From positions 23,570,299-23,634,298 of the forward strand of contig NC_090413.1 in assembly GCF_036365525.1 (NCBI RefSeq): a stretch of DNA of 64,000 bases, in the 5' to 3' direction. A program made the translations under genes and the position numbers. The stretch's first letter is position 1, and every line of letters starts with the position of its first letter. Source of the stretch: Heterodontus francisci. Taxonomy: Eukaryota. Shown one piece after another: positions 11,704-24,029 of the stretch. Below the pieces are notes generated by a model. The model had not been told where the DNA came from. It saw only the letters and a list, made by a program, of their open reading frames with translations, and did not search any database.

Positions 11704-12809
11704 AGAGGCAGACTCCTCCTGCCCTAGAATAATTTTGGGAATCTCTTCAATTGGATCTACAGGCAAGCAAAGTTAGCACATCTCACAGTTGGCCTCACTG
11801 TTTCTGGCCTAGAGAGGGGAACAATCCACTAGGGCTCCTCATTCCTGATTCAGTGGGCCCTGCTGGAAACTATGAAGCCTGATTTCTGTGTAAGTGAATG
11901 GGTTTTGAGTGAGTTACGTTTGGGCCCTATAATTGTGCGGACTTCTGACAATGATAGAAACATCCTTACCCATGACGCCATCTACAGCCAAATAGCCTGC
12001 CAATCCTTGAGCCAAGGCTTTCTGCCTCTACAGTCACCAGCCTGCAATCAGTCATTTTAATCTATCCTGAACTGGGGAGCACCAGAGAGAAATAGGAATC
12101 TCTGGCCTTAATGTTTAGGCTCAATCCTGAGAATGGTCACTTGGGTGAGATACCAAAGGAGCAATCTGCACCCATGGGCCCAAGAATTAGTAGCTTCAGA
12201 AGGAGGGAGAAAATGGTGAGCTGTGTAATTTCACTGTACACAAAGCCATTTTGACCAATGTAAATACTAATGTGTTATTTGTTGGTCTGTGTGTGTGGAG
12301 TCTAACTGATGTGAATATTATCTGAAGCTCTTTAAGTAACAGCAGCATAAATGGGATGGGAAAAAACCCCAGCATCTCTGCATTACTGGAGCATACCCTG
12401 AAATGAGAATGTGTAGGCGCTGCAAGCTTGTTGTGTTTGTTTCCCAGCAGTGTAACACAATACATGGAATGCAGAATGGGTCACAATAAGCCTTTTCGAA
12501 GAAACACTAATTATGTGATCATAAAATAACTTCAACTCTTCTAAAATGATTTATTTGTACCATGAAGGAATTATCGTTTGTTTAACATGATTAAAATATG
12601 GTCCCACATTCCTTCCTGAAAAGACAAGATCCCTTACATTTTGCAAAGGGATTTTTTTCCAAAGTCTCTTTCCCTCCCTTTTTCTCCCCTCGCCCCCTGA
12701 CTGTTCTGACGGTTTCTCAGTATTGTTCTTTGTAGATCAGCTACTGTCAGTCACCTTTTATTTATGAACTTACACCATAGGTTACCATAGTCTAAAGTCC
12801 TTAGATCCT

Positions 12810-13135
12810 AGAAGACCCACCAAGATCCATAGGATCATTCAGACCCGTTCAGCACCATGGGATCATTGAGACTCCACCAGGATCCATAGGATTCTTGTGA
12901 CCATTCCGCATCCATAAGATCACACAAGTCCACCAGGACCTATAGGAACATTCAGACCACTTCAGGATCTGTAGGATTATTGAGACTCCTCCAGGATCAC
13001 TGAGAACCCTCCAGGATCAATAAGATTATTGAGACCACACCAAAATCCATAGGAGCACAGCAAGTCCACCAGGAACAATAGGATCTTCGAGGACCCCACC
13101 AGGATCTATTTGATCAATGAGATCCCTCCAAGTTC
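12810..13135 (+). repeat. Degenerate ~29-bp minisatellite, about 11-12 units
   Basis: Consensus roughly ccaccaggatccataggatcattgagac(t). Confidence 0.8.
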
Positions 13136-13528
13136 GGAGATCTCATGGTTTCGGCGGGATGGACAGTGTATATCTATGGGTCAGGCTGCATGGACCAAAG
13201 GGTCTTTTCCTGTCTGTCATTGATTATATTACAGATTTACACCTTGGGCTATATAGAAATGAAAGTCAGTGCTTTATGTCCTTTGAACTTTAATGATCAT
13301 TTCCTTGACTCTATCCAGATAAGATCAGCAATAGTTAACCTTAGCTTTTGTGGTAATTCATGCACGGACGTGTCAGACAACAAATCTGATCAAATGGTAT
13401 TTAGGGCTTCCTGAAGGCGAGTCCTCTTACAGTAAAATGACAATGGGTATGAGAGAAGATCTAAAGGCGGCTGTAGCATGACCCGTGAAGTCCTGGAGTA
13501 GGTTGTTGCAAGACTGTTGATGCTGAGC

Positions 13529-13546
13529 AGTTTCAGTTTCCCGGCA
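13529..13546. promoter_or_regulatory. Consensus ISRE overlapping a near-GAS site
   Basis: AGTTTCAGTTTCC 13529-13541; TTCCCGGCA 13538-13546. Confidence 0.4.
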
Positions 13547-14067
13547 GTTTTTGTTTGTAAGGTCAACACTGACGCCGAGATGTTTCTGTGAAAAAGATGC
13601 GTGGTCGTAAAAATTCCCTGCACTTTTACCCTGAGAGCTTTTTTTTTTGCTTGTTGTGTGCCTCTATATTAAGCACTTTTTGCCCAGGTTGCAAAATAAT
13701 TTTGCACCATCATTGTCAGCATTTTTAAACCTACTGTATTCTGCATCTGAGAATTGCCCACGTGGATTGGTATGAATTAATAAAAATGTACTGGTAATTT
13801 TCTGTGATGCCCTTCTGGAGTCTGAATGATTGCTTCACTTACAAGCGACTGCCAGCTATATTATAACTGTGTCTGGTGTAAAAACCAAGCTTAAAAATTT
13901 GGGCTGGGAACTTGTAAATTTAATATTAATTTTTTTTGACACTAAAAGAGACACACCTTCCTAAATACTATTGCTTAATATTGTTCAGATGCTCATAAGC
14001 AGGAAGTTCTGGTTTTTCCAGCTACAGAATGCAAACTTGCTGGGTATTCATTTTTTTCCCAACAAGT

Positions 14068-14420
14068 ATAACTTGCATTTATATAGTGCCTTTAACATTT
14101 TAAAACATCCCAAGGTGCTTCACAGGAGTGTTAGCAAACAAAAAAATTAACACATAAGGAAATATTAGAGTAGGTGCCTAAAGGTTTGGTCAAAGAGGTC
14201 AATTTTAAGGAGCGTCTTTTGAGGTACAGATGCAGAGAGGTTTGGGAAGGTAATTCCACAACTTTGGGCCTAGGCCGCTGAAAGAACACCCGCCAATGGC
14301 GGGGTGATGGAAATCAGGGATGCGCAAGAGGCCAGAATTTAAGAAGCGCAGAGATCTCAGAGAGTTGAAGGGCTGGAGGAGGTTACAGATTTAGGGAGGA
14401 GAGAAGCCTTGGAGGGACTA
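14068..14420 (-). mobile_element. L2-type LINE 3' fragment
   Basis: aacttgcatttatatagtgcctttaac...cccaaggtgcttcacagg...ttggtcaaagagg...ggaggaggttacag; similar copies at 27750, 40590, 43021 and 53741. Confidence 0.7.
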
Positions 14421-14581
14421 ATGCTTACAAGTTGTGTTCCTTTTCTCCTCCTCCCAACACCGCCCCCAACCCGGATAGTTTATGAGGTTGTACTTTAAAG
14501 TGATGCCTCATAATGTACATCTGTGTAATCTGTAAGATTACTAATATCAGCTTTGCAATAATGCAAAATATGCAGTGTAAC

Positions 14582-15367
14582 CTGCCCACCTCCTCCTGGA
14601 ATGTGTCTTCGCAAAGCAGGTGTGGAAAGAGATGCAGTGGTTTTTGTCGAGGTTCATCCCAAGCAGCTCTGTAACACAGGAGTCTGTGCTCTACGGGCTG
14701 TTCCCAGGGACGCACACCGAGACAAACATCAACTGCTGCTGGAGGACTATCAATTCGGTGAAAGACGCCCTTTGGTCTGCCCAAAACTTGCTGGTCTTCC
14801 ATTTGTCGAGGTTCATCCCAAGCAGCTCTGTAACACAGGAGTCTGTGCTCTACGGGCTGTTCCCAGGGACGCACACCGAGACAAACATCAACTGCTGCTG
14901 GAGGACTATCAATTCGGTGAAAGACGCCCTTTGGTCTGCCCAAAACTTGCTGGTCTTCCAGCGCAAAGTGTTGTCCACCACCGATTGTTGCAGACTGGCA
15001 CATTCCAAGGTCCAGGACTACGTGCTGAGGGACGCACTAAAGCTTGGGGCAGCCGCAGCAAAGGCTCAATCGGGAAAGACCACAGTGTAAGGTCCCCCCC
15101 CCCCCCCAAGCTGAACTGAGGGACTGGATCCATGGGTACCCCTCAAACCGTATCGGGAAAATTTCTGTCTCCTGTATAATGTAAAAATGTATCTGGCAGG
15201 ACAAATGTGAAATGGAAGGGTTGTGAGGCAACTCATAATTGTATAGAAGGAAACTGATCACCTTTGCACTGTTTGTATTTTTTGACTTGATGCTGTTTTA
15301 AACTGTTTGGGAATGTAATTTTTACAGATTTTTATGAATAAAGTATATTTTGGAAATTTAAAAAAAA
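14582..15367 (+). mobile_element. L1/Tx1-clade LINE 3' end with an internal 159-bp tandem duplication
   Basis: ORF2 C-terminus HLLLECVFAKQVWKEMQWFLSRFIP...KTTV*, then 3' UTR, AATAAA and A-tail; same family as 49358-50044. Confidence 0.8.
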
Positions 15368-16107
15368 CCTGTGTATTACATACATAATGGTACTTAAAAA
15401 TCTTATAATCCTATGTATATAAAACCCTTGCATTGAGAAGGATCCATCAATTAGAGGCTGCACTTCATATGTCCCATTGCAGATGTCACACGTCAGACGT
15501 CATACTTTAGATGTCACACTTCAGACATCACATTTCCAATGACATGATGTGCAACAAATGGAAAGCAATCTTTTTTTAAAATGTGTAAACCAGAAAGCCA
15601 GTCATTTCCTGCTTTTTTTTGACCTTGTAGAGGAGCCAGGGATTTGCAGAGAGCTGCCAAGCTACAAAGAAACAATTATGCTCTAACTGACGTCAGGGTC
15701 TATCTGCTTGTAGCAATTAAACTTTGTGACATTAAATAAACAGTTTAGATTCTGACAGATCCACATTAGCAGCATAGTAATACATTGTGGGCTATATAGC
15801 ATCATGCTCTACCAGTGAAACCAATAAATCCGGAATGTAAAGTTAGTGTCAGTAATGGTGACCGTGAACTACCAGATTGTTGTTAAAAAAATCCATCTAG
15901 TTCACTAACGTCTTTTCATCCTTAGCTTGCCTGGTCAGATTTCTTAGACCGTGTTTAAAAGAGCACACAAAAGGACATTTAAGTTTGGAGAGTAATATAT
16001 TTGGTCTGGTTTGAGCCTCATTTGATTCCTACCTTGGGATTCTTCAGCTTTTGATTACACAGGTTGCCATTTCATTCTAATTATCTATGTATTCTCGTAA
16101 TCTGTAA

Positions 16108-16544
16108 GAACTTGGATTTATATAGCGCCTTTCACGACCACAGCATGTCTCAAAGCACTTTGCAGCCAATGAAGTACATTTGAAGTGCAGTCACTGTTGC
16201 AATGTAGGAAATGCGGGAGCCCATTTGCACACAGCAAGCTCCCACAAACAGCAATGTGATAATGACCAGGTAGTCTGTTTTGGAGATGTGGATTGAGGGG
16301 TAGATATTGGCCAGGACACCGGGGAGAGCTCCCCTGCTCTTCTTCAAAATAGTGCCATGGGATCTTTTACATCCACCTGAAAAAGCAGACAGAGCCTCAG
16401 TTTAACATCTCATCCAAAAGACAACACCTCTGACAGTGCAGCACTCCAGCCTGAGTTATGTGCTCAAGTCTCTGCAGTAGGACTTGAACCTATAAGCTAT
16501 CTGACTCAGAGGCAAGAGTACCACCCACTAAGCCATGGCTGACA
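16108..16544 (-). mobile_element. Deu-domain tRNA-SINE (SacSINE1-like), near full length
   Basis: tRNA-like head on the minus strand (gtcagccatggcttagtgggtggtac...ggttcaagtcc), conserved central domain and L2-like tail. Confidence 0.8.
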
Positions 16545-16567
16545 CTTTTAATTTTTTTTTGTGTACT

Positions 16568-17130
16568 GGGTTGATATTTACAATTAAATGGTGGCAGAGT
16601 GGGAAGCATAAGTAAACACTTACTTCAAAGCTTAAAGGTTCCCATTAATGGGCGTGATAAAAAAATTAATGCGAGGATTTTCAGTTGTGTGTCAAAATTT
16701 GCCATCTTCAGTGACGGGGGTAATGGGGGCTGGGGGTGGGACCTCTGGGTCTTTTCCCCTCTTCCAAGGACCTGTACATGCCCCGGGTGACCTTGGAGCA
16801 GGACTTTGCAGTGCCAGCTGGGGTCAGCACAAATGATGGGCATTGCCAGGCATACCCGCTTTGCTTCAACTGCAAAGTAGAATCGTTCTAAACCTGCTTG
16901 TCGTGTCCATGATCATTTTAGACCTGCCATCCTTTGAAAGAGGGGGCACTTGTCAGGAGACTGAGGCTGACTTCCTGGCAAAATGCCCACTCTATTGGGT
17001 CAAACAACATGGAGCAAACGTGCCCCTGTTAGATGCACATCTGGGAAGGCAGTAAAGTATAAAGGGGTCCATTTCTTCCGCTGAAAATACAGACTGAAAA
17101 GAGCCTGACAGCCCTCCAAAATAAAACCCC
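16568..17130. mobile_element. Possible non-autonomous DNA transposon (Harbinger-like ends)
   Basis: Begins gggttgatattt and ends aaataaaacccc (imperfect inverted ends); no clear TSD. Confidence 0.3.
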
Positions 17131-17974
17131 TAAAGGCTCCATTATTTTCCCGCAAATTTTGCATAAATATTGCCTTTACTGTAGAGGCACCGTCTGCAAT
17201 TCCCTCGGCTATTATTATTATGCTTGGCAGTATCAGGGAAATTTATGATGAGTTGAAGGACATGGGGGAGGGGAGCTGATGGATGAACGGATCGAACATT
17301 ACGCTTTCCAACCCACCGAGTCCCCCGGTCCTATTACGTTGTAAATTAGTCACCGTTAACAAAGGCAATTTTAACAGCAGTTGGCGTGCGGGGTGGACTG
17401 TGCGTCCATGCTCCCCCACTCTCTCCTTCACACGGTCTTCACACCAGCTCCCTCCAGCTCTTATCCTCCCACAAAGCTTTACCCATGTTGGCGTTTGTAA
17501 TGACGTGAGTGCCTCTTCCCAGCGCGTCTGATCTGAAGGTTGCGCTGTTCGCAGCCTGAACGTGTCCCAATGTGCGTCAAAGTGATTGTGGAGGAGGCGT
17601 AAATGAGTTAATCGATTCCATTCCCCCACCCCAACTCCTATGCACTAAATACTGGTAGAAGCTCTGACATTAACAAGGACACACCCAATTCATTAATATT
17701 AATATTAACCTCAGAATCAGTACAAAATATTCACAGATGTCCAAAAAGGCTGCATTCTACCATACAATTCTGGTGTATAGATCTTTATTTTAACTCTGTC
17801 CTGTCTCTAAAATTCCTGTAGGATTCCACCCCCCACCCTCCCCCCGCCCCAACCTTGGAACAGTTGTTGTAACCACAAAAATGGGGATGTGCAAATCTAA
17901 CTGGATTGTTCTTAAAAGAGCCAGTGCAGGCTTGATGGACCGAATGGCCCCCCTTCTGTGCTGTACTATTCCAC

Positions 17975-18510
17975 GGTCAGAATTTTACAGGGGTGGCTGA
18001 AGTCCGTCTGCTGAAGCCGAAAGCGGGAGACGACTCGCTGTCCCAATTAAGGATGGCGACCCTCCCGCAAGAGCTGCCCGTCCAATCAGAGGGCTGGCAG
18101 CTCAACAGTTTCAGCAGTGCCACCTCCAGTGCTGAGACCGAAGCTGTGAGGAGAGGGTGCTTCAATGGCCCAGGCTCCCTGTATGTAGGGGGTAGCAGGC
18201 CCTGGTGATCAGGGTGGGGGTGGGGGGGGGGGGGGGGTTTGTCGCTGAGGGCAAGCGACGCTTGGGGGTGGCCATTGCCAAAAGATGGCCCCTTTGGGGG
18301 CAATGAAATGCCCCTCGAGGAGGGCCTCCCCCTGGAGGCCGCCAGGATTTACAGGGTGGTCTCCTCACCCGGCGGCAGGCTGCCCATCACGGGCAAAATG
18401 CCTGCAGAGGCAAGAACTGGGCCTTATTTGGCCATTAAGTGGCTCAATTGGACTCCCAATGGTTGGCCTATGATTCTATCCTCACTCGCCAGTCGGTGCT
18501 GAGCAAGCTG
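17975..18510. mobile_element. GC-rich non-autonomous DNA transposon fragment (Harbinger-like)
   Basis: Starts ggtcagaatttt; internal motifs (cccaattaagg, ggccattaagtggctcaattg) resemble the element at 39103-39726. Confidence 0.45.
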
Positions 18511-18834
18511 ACCTTGGGCTAGGATGGCAGCAGCCATACTACAGTCGCCCTCTGTGCTGCGCCAAGGGAGTGCTCCACCCTCGGAGTCTTTTGGATGAGG
18601 CATTAAACCGGGTGTCCTGTCTGCTCTCTCAAATAAAAGATTTCACGGTACTATTTCGAAGACGAGCAGGGTAATTCTCCCAGGCGCCCTGGCCAATATT
18701 TAGGAATGAATTCACATGCTAGTGTGGGTGAGTGGATAGTGTACAAATATATGATGAACAGGAACTTAAAGGATGAGATTGATTCCACTATACATATAAT
18801 AATTTAAGGTGTTGCTTGTCGATCTAGGGTCACA

Positions 18835-19175
18835 TAACATTATAGGGTCATAGTCATTGTGGCACAGAAGGAGGCCATTTGGCCCATTGAGTCCATGCCA
18901 GCTCTCTGTAGAGCAATCCAGTCAGTCCCATTCCCTCGCTCTATCCCTGTAGCCCTGCTAGTTTATTTTCCTCAAGTGCCCATCCAATTTCCTTTTGAAA
19001 TCATTAATCATCTCCACTTCCGCCATCCTCATAGGCAGCAAGTTCCAGGTCATTACCACTCGCAGCGTAAAAAAAGTTCTTCCTCACAACCCCCTGTGCA
19101 TCTCTTGCCCAAAATCTTAAATCTGTGTCTCCCTAGTCATTGCACCATCAGATAATGGGAACAGCTTTTCTTTGT
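18835..19175 (-). mobile_element. CR1 LINE 3' fragment
   Basis: ggcacagaaggaggccatttggcccattgagtc tail plus the reverse complement of the ORF2 C-terminus. Confidence 0.75.
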
Positions 19176-19329
19176 TTAATAAGCTGGATCTTTCTGTGTA
19201 TTCTCTGACACCTGCATGGAATACCTTTCAATCAGACCCAGCTACCCTCTGGTACCTTACGCACATGCCCATGAGCCAAGAGAGGAAGTGAAATCCAAAC
19301 CCATCCTCACGTTCCAGCTGAAGTCATTA

Positions 19330-19780
19330 AAGTCATAGAAGTGTAGAATAATACTGCACAGAAGGAGACTATTCCTGCTAACCAATTAGTCTAACTCCCT
19401 TGCTCTTTCCCCATTGCCCAACACAAGTTTCATTTTTAGGTATTTATCCAATTGTCTTTTGTAAGTCATTATTGAATCTACTTCGATCACCCGTTCAGGC
19501 GGTGCATTTTAGATCATAATAACTCACTGTGTAAAAAAAAACTGTATTTTTTTGCCAATTCCATTAAATCTGTGTCCTCTGCTTACACACCCTACTACCA
19601 CTGAAAACAATTATTTACTCTATGAAAACCTTTCAAGATTTTGAATAAATCTATCAAATTTCCCCTTAACCCTCTCTGCTCTAAGGGGAACTCCTCAGTT
19701 TCTCCAGTCTCTCCACCTAATTGAATTCTTTCATCCCAGGTACCATTCTAGTAAATCTCCTCTTCACTCACTATAAGGCT
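19330..19780 (-). mobile_element. CR1 LINE 3' fragment
   Basis: Reverse-strand CR1 ORF2 3' end (aatctgtgtcctct, atcaaatttccccttaac, tttctccagtctctc). Confidence 0.7.
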
Positions 19781-21394
19781 TTACGGTGGGCAGGAGTGTG
19801 GAGCCCAGGTTTGCGCAGCTCAGTGTAGCTCACCAACTGCTGCCCCCGTGGTGAAGCTCAGGTAACTCAGCACGGTCCAAGGATGGAGTCTGTTGCCGTT
19901 CTGGTCTCAGTGTACTATACCAGGCATTGAACACAGCTGTGGAATTCAAGGTGAAAGTTCCCCCAGGATGGCAAAGTGGAGCAAGAGTAGGAAATTTGGT
20001 CAGCCACTGCCCTCCATAACATGGAGATACTGAGCCCAATCGCAGCTCTCTGACAGCTGCCATAGCAAAACTCAAAGCCAACTCAGCTCATTCACCAGCT
20101 AACTAACCAGTGTAACAGATACTACTTGTCGGAACATAGAAATAGGAGGAAGCCTTTCAGCATGTTCTGCCATTCAAATAAATCATTGCATCTCAACTCC
20201 ATCTATCTGCCTAGGTTCATAAACCTTAATACCCTTGCCTAACAAAAATCTATCAATCTCAGTCTTGAATTTTTCAATTGAGCCCCAGACTCAACAGTGT
20301 TTTATGGGAGACATTTCCAGATTTCCATTAACCTTTGTAGATAAGCAACACTAATGAAATCTTCTTTACAGGACACGAAAGCAGTATAACTGAAGGCATG
20401 ACCACAACAAGAAATGTCATGTGGTCCATGAACGTAGACCTCACTCTGAATTTGTTGGAGCCTTTATAAGTTAGTGTGATATTGTACAGCTAAGCAACCG
20501 CACTGTGGGGAAGTGGATTGGCCTACATGGCTCCAAGCCATACACACCCAGGGCGATGGTAGGTCAGGCCCCCAGTTTCTGCTGAGTTAACTGGTCTTAG
20601 CCAGATCAGCAACATCTTATCGCTGCATGCAGGATCTTGCTATGCTTAAATCAGCTGTCATATCTACCTTCAACTCAAATGTAATTATGCCCATGAGGCA
20701 CTTTGAGATGTTCTGAGGGTGTGGATAGTACTATTATTGATTCATATCCTTCCTAGCAGCGTTACTATTCAACCTCAATTGCTGTGGACTAAGGAGAAAG
20801 CAAATGAGCCAGATTCCCATTCCTGATTGGGAATCCAGTGATTCCCTCCCCTGCTGGAAAATGTACGGCTGAGGGGAGAATTGTTCTTGGCCATGTTGCC
20901 AACCATGGGTGAATAGCTTTCCAATGCTACTGAATAGGCTCATACATAAAGACAGACCCTGGAGGTACAAAAGGGCTGTCGTCATCCATGGAACCATAAC
21001 CAACACCTTCAGGGGAGCAGCGGTGAAAGATTGAGAATAAAGAAGAGACTTAGCAGTTGGCAGGAAAAAAGACAGAGGCGCAAGGGGAGAGCCAACTGTG
21101 TAACAGCCCCGACAATCAGATCTTTCTGCAGCGCCTGTGGAAGAGCCTGTCACTCTAGAATTGGCCTTTATAGCCACTCCAGGCGCTGCTCCACAAACCA
21201 CTGACCACCTCCAGGCGCTTACCCATTGTCTCCCGAGACAAGGAGGCCAAAGAAGAAGGTATATTGTATGCTAACAATGGATGAAAAAGGTAGGGTCTGT
21301 TGGAGCTGAAAACCTCTCAGGTTTTACTATTTTCTGATTATGATTAATATCAGACCTCCTAAATTCATCTAATGTCTCGTATCTCACTGGTGAC

Positions 21395-21540
21395 TAGAGA
21401 GAGAATCAGAGTTAACAGGTTTAAGGTTGGCAACCTTTCATCAGAACTGGTTACAAAAGGTCATCGACCTGAAATATTTACTCTGTTTCTCTCTCCACAG
21501 ATGCTGCCCTACCTGCTGACTGTTTCCAGCATTTTCAGCA
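21395..21540. mobile_element. Penelope pLTR remnant in inverted arrangement
   Basis: ctttcatcagaact (hammerhead core on the minus strand) followed by aaggtcatcgacctgaaa...ccacagatgctgcc...ttccagcattttc. Confidence 0.65.
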
Positions 21541-22067
21541 TCCATGGGAACATAGGAACACAGGAAGAGGTGCAGACCCTTCATGGGTCTATTGCATTAA
21601 CTTTTTATTGGGTGTCACAACCCCTCAAAGCTCTATTGCACCGAGTCACAAATGGATGGGTGTGAGTATCCACCCAATAAATGAGAACTTGCCAGAATGG
21701 GCAGTTTGCCAGGCCTTCATTCCACTTCAGCTGTCAAGCCCTAAGCTCTGGAATTCCCTCCCTAAACCCTTCCTCTTCTCTACCTCTCTCCTCCTTTAAG
21801 ATGCTTGTTAAAACCAACCCCTTTCCTGTCCTGCAGCATCAAATTCTGTTTGAAAACCCTCCTGTGAAGCGCCTTGGGGCGTTTTACTACATTAATGATG
21901 CTATGCGAATGCAAGTTGTTGTTATGGAGGTTAGGCACTTCATCGCCCCAAATCCCCCATAATCAAAAGGGAAAGAGTAAAGACCCCATAACAAATAGAT
22001 CCATTAAAAGTCTCTATTCATTAGTTATGTTGGAACTTTTAACCTGTTCTAAAGATAGTAGGAGAGC

Positions 22068-22850
22068 CCTGAAGTTTAGAAGAATGAGAGGTGATCTAAT
22101 TGACACATATAAAATTTGAGTATTGCTGAAAACAGAGACATTTTGTCAAAGCTTTTTGTCTTGCACTCATCAGGACAATTCGCAAGAATACCAATGCAAG
22201 GGAAAGCAAAAATTTATATTGTATTTATACGGCCATAACAAATCCTGGTAGTTAACTGTCAGACACCATAAATTGTTGCATTCTCCATGGCAATGCCTCT
22301 GCCAATCAGAGTCCACTTGCCAAACAATCAGCACTCTCTTCTTATACAGTATAAATTTGTTGTTTTCCCTTGCATTGGTATTCTTGCGAGTTGTCTTGAT
22401 GAGTGCAAGATGAAAAGCTTCAACAAAATGTCTGTTTTCAGCAATGCTCAAGTTCTGTACTACCAAACGATTATTTATATACATATAAAATTCTTAAGGG
22501 GCTTAATAGAGTAGATGCTGAGAAAACCGGCTGGGGAATCTAGAAAACGGGGTCACAGTCTCAGAATAAAGGGTCAGCCATTTAGGACTGAGATCAGGAG
22601 AAATTTCTTTACTCAAAGGCTTGTGAATCTTTGGAAGTCTCTACCTCAAAGAGCTGTGGATGTTCAGCTGTTGAGTATATTCAAGACAGGGGTCGATAGA
22701 CTTTTAGGTACTAAAGGAATTAAGGGATACGGGAATCGTGCGGGAAGGTGGAGTTCAGGTAGAAGATCAGCCTTGATCTTGGTGAATGGTAGACCAGGCT
22801 CAAAGGGCTAAATTGCCTCCTCCAGCTCCTATTTTTTTATGTACTTATGA
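22068..22850 (+). mobile_element. CR1 LINE 3' fragment interrupted by a Penelope-derived insertion
   Basis: KFRRMRGDLIDTYKI lies upstream of the insertion and LKGLNRVD...RGHSLRIKGQPFRTEIRRNFFTQRLVNLW downstream. Confidence 0.8.
22117..22480. mobile_element. Foldback Penelope-derived element with a hammerhead remnant in each arm and a 12-bp TSD
   Basis: ~105-bp inverted arms at 22117-22224 and 22345-22450; TSD acatataaaatt at 22105-22116 and 22481-22492. Confidence 0.75.
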
Positions 22851-24029
22851 AGAGAGCTGCCAGCTCTGATAACACCACCTTCATGAGTAAAGGCCCAAAG
22901 GCATATGGATTAGCAAGTCTGCCAATGCAAAGGGGAGATGGGGCGCATGTGATTTCTGGGCCTTAGCCCAAGCTATGTAGGGGCCAGTTATTTTCCAGTT
23001 CATCAACATGCATGATTCACCTGTGAGTTGCGTGATTTGTGTCTCTTACTCTGGCAGTTCGTGTGAGACATTAAAACTTGCACAGAGCTGTAATTAGTCA
23101 GGTTGCAGTGATTGTGGAATCTTCCAGTGTGAACGTTGGGACATCTCAATTAGACAAAGTACGCTGGCTGCTGGTTCCTGTGGTGACAAAACAAACACAA
23201 TCCCAAACATCCTCTGTGAAATCCACAACGCATGTTCTAAGGTTTACCAGGAGTGATTTGAAACAGTTCAACAGATTTTTTTTTAACTGTGACTTTCAGT
23301 TAAGGAAAATTAATTTTTAAAATATTTTATACTTGATATACATTTTAAATACAATCATTGTAGCACACATAGGAGTACCATCGACCTCATAATATTGCTC
23401 TTGCTTGAAGTTTCCAAGACAAATTTGTAGAAAAATACCTGAGGGGTGTTTAGCATTTTAAACTACCTATATCTGCTATATCTACCCCCTGTGTGTTCCC
23501 TTCTCCGTCCTTGCTCCCCCTACTCCACAGTTGGAACCTATGGTGACTATACCTGTGGGACACCCTCCCTCACCGATCTCTGCCTTGACACCTCTCTCCC
23601 CACTTTCAGAAGGAACCCTTAAGCTTTCTCCCTTTGATGTTGTGTTTATCCCCAGCCAGATCCTGTTTCTGCCTCCTGCTCAATGCTCACTTATCATCCA
23701 GGAGTTTGTAAACTGCTGTGAGATCTCGAAACATAAAGAGCATTTGTTAAAGGTGATGATCCTTCCTGAACTGATTTTAGGTGATGATTAGAAACTGTCG
23801 GTGTGATCGATCAGTCTCCGCTATCCCTCATTCTGTACTTGTCTTACACTTTGATAGCAAGTGATGGGTTGCTTTGAGTCTGTTGTAAAATGGATATGTT
23901 GCCTCAGTGCCCTCTGGTGGGAAAGAGGGGCATCTTTGAGAATTAATGTTTTAAATATGACAGCAGTTTCCACTGTGCAATAGCACCTCTTGCAGGTTAA
24001 ATCAAAGAATAACAATATTGCATCTGTTT

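Noticed and set aside
12810-13135. CRISPR-like periodic repeat
   Set aside because: Contiguous degenerate units without unique spacers, in a vertebrate genome with no cas genes.
16440-16544. tRNA gene (A/B boxes), and similar signals at 24030, 44890 and 46480
   Set aside because: These are SINE heads joined to SINE bodies; no complete cloverleaf.
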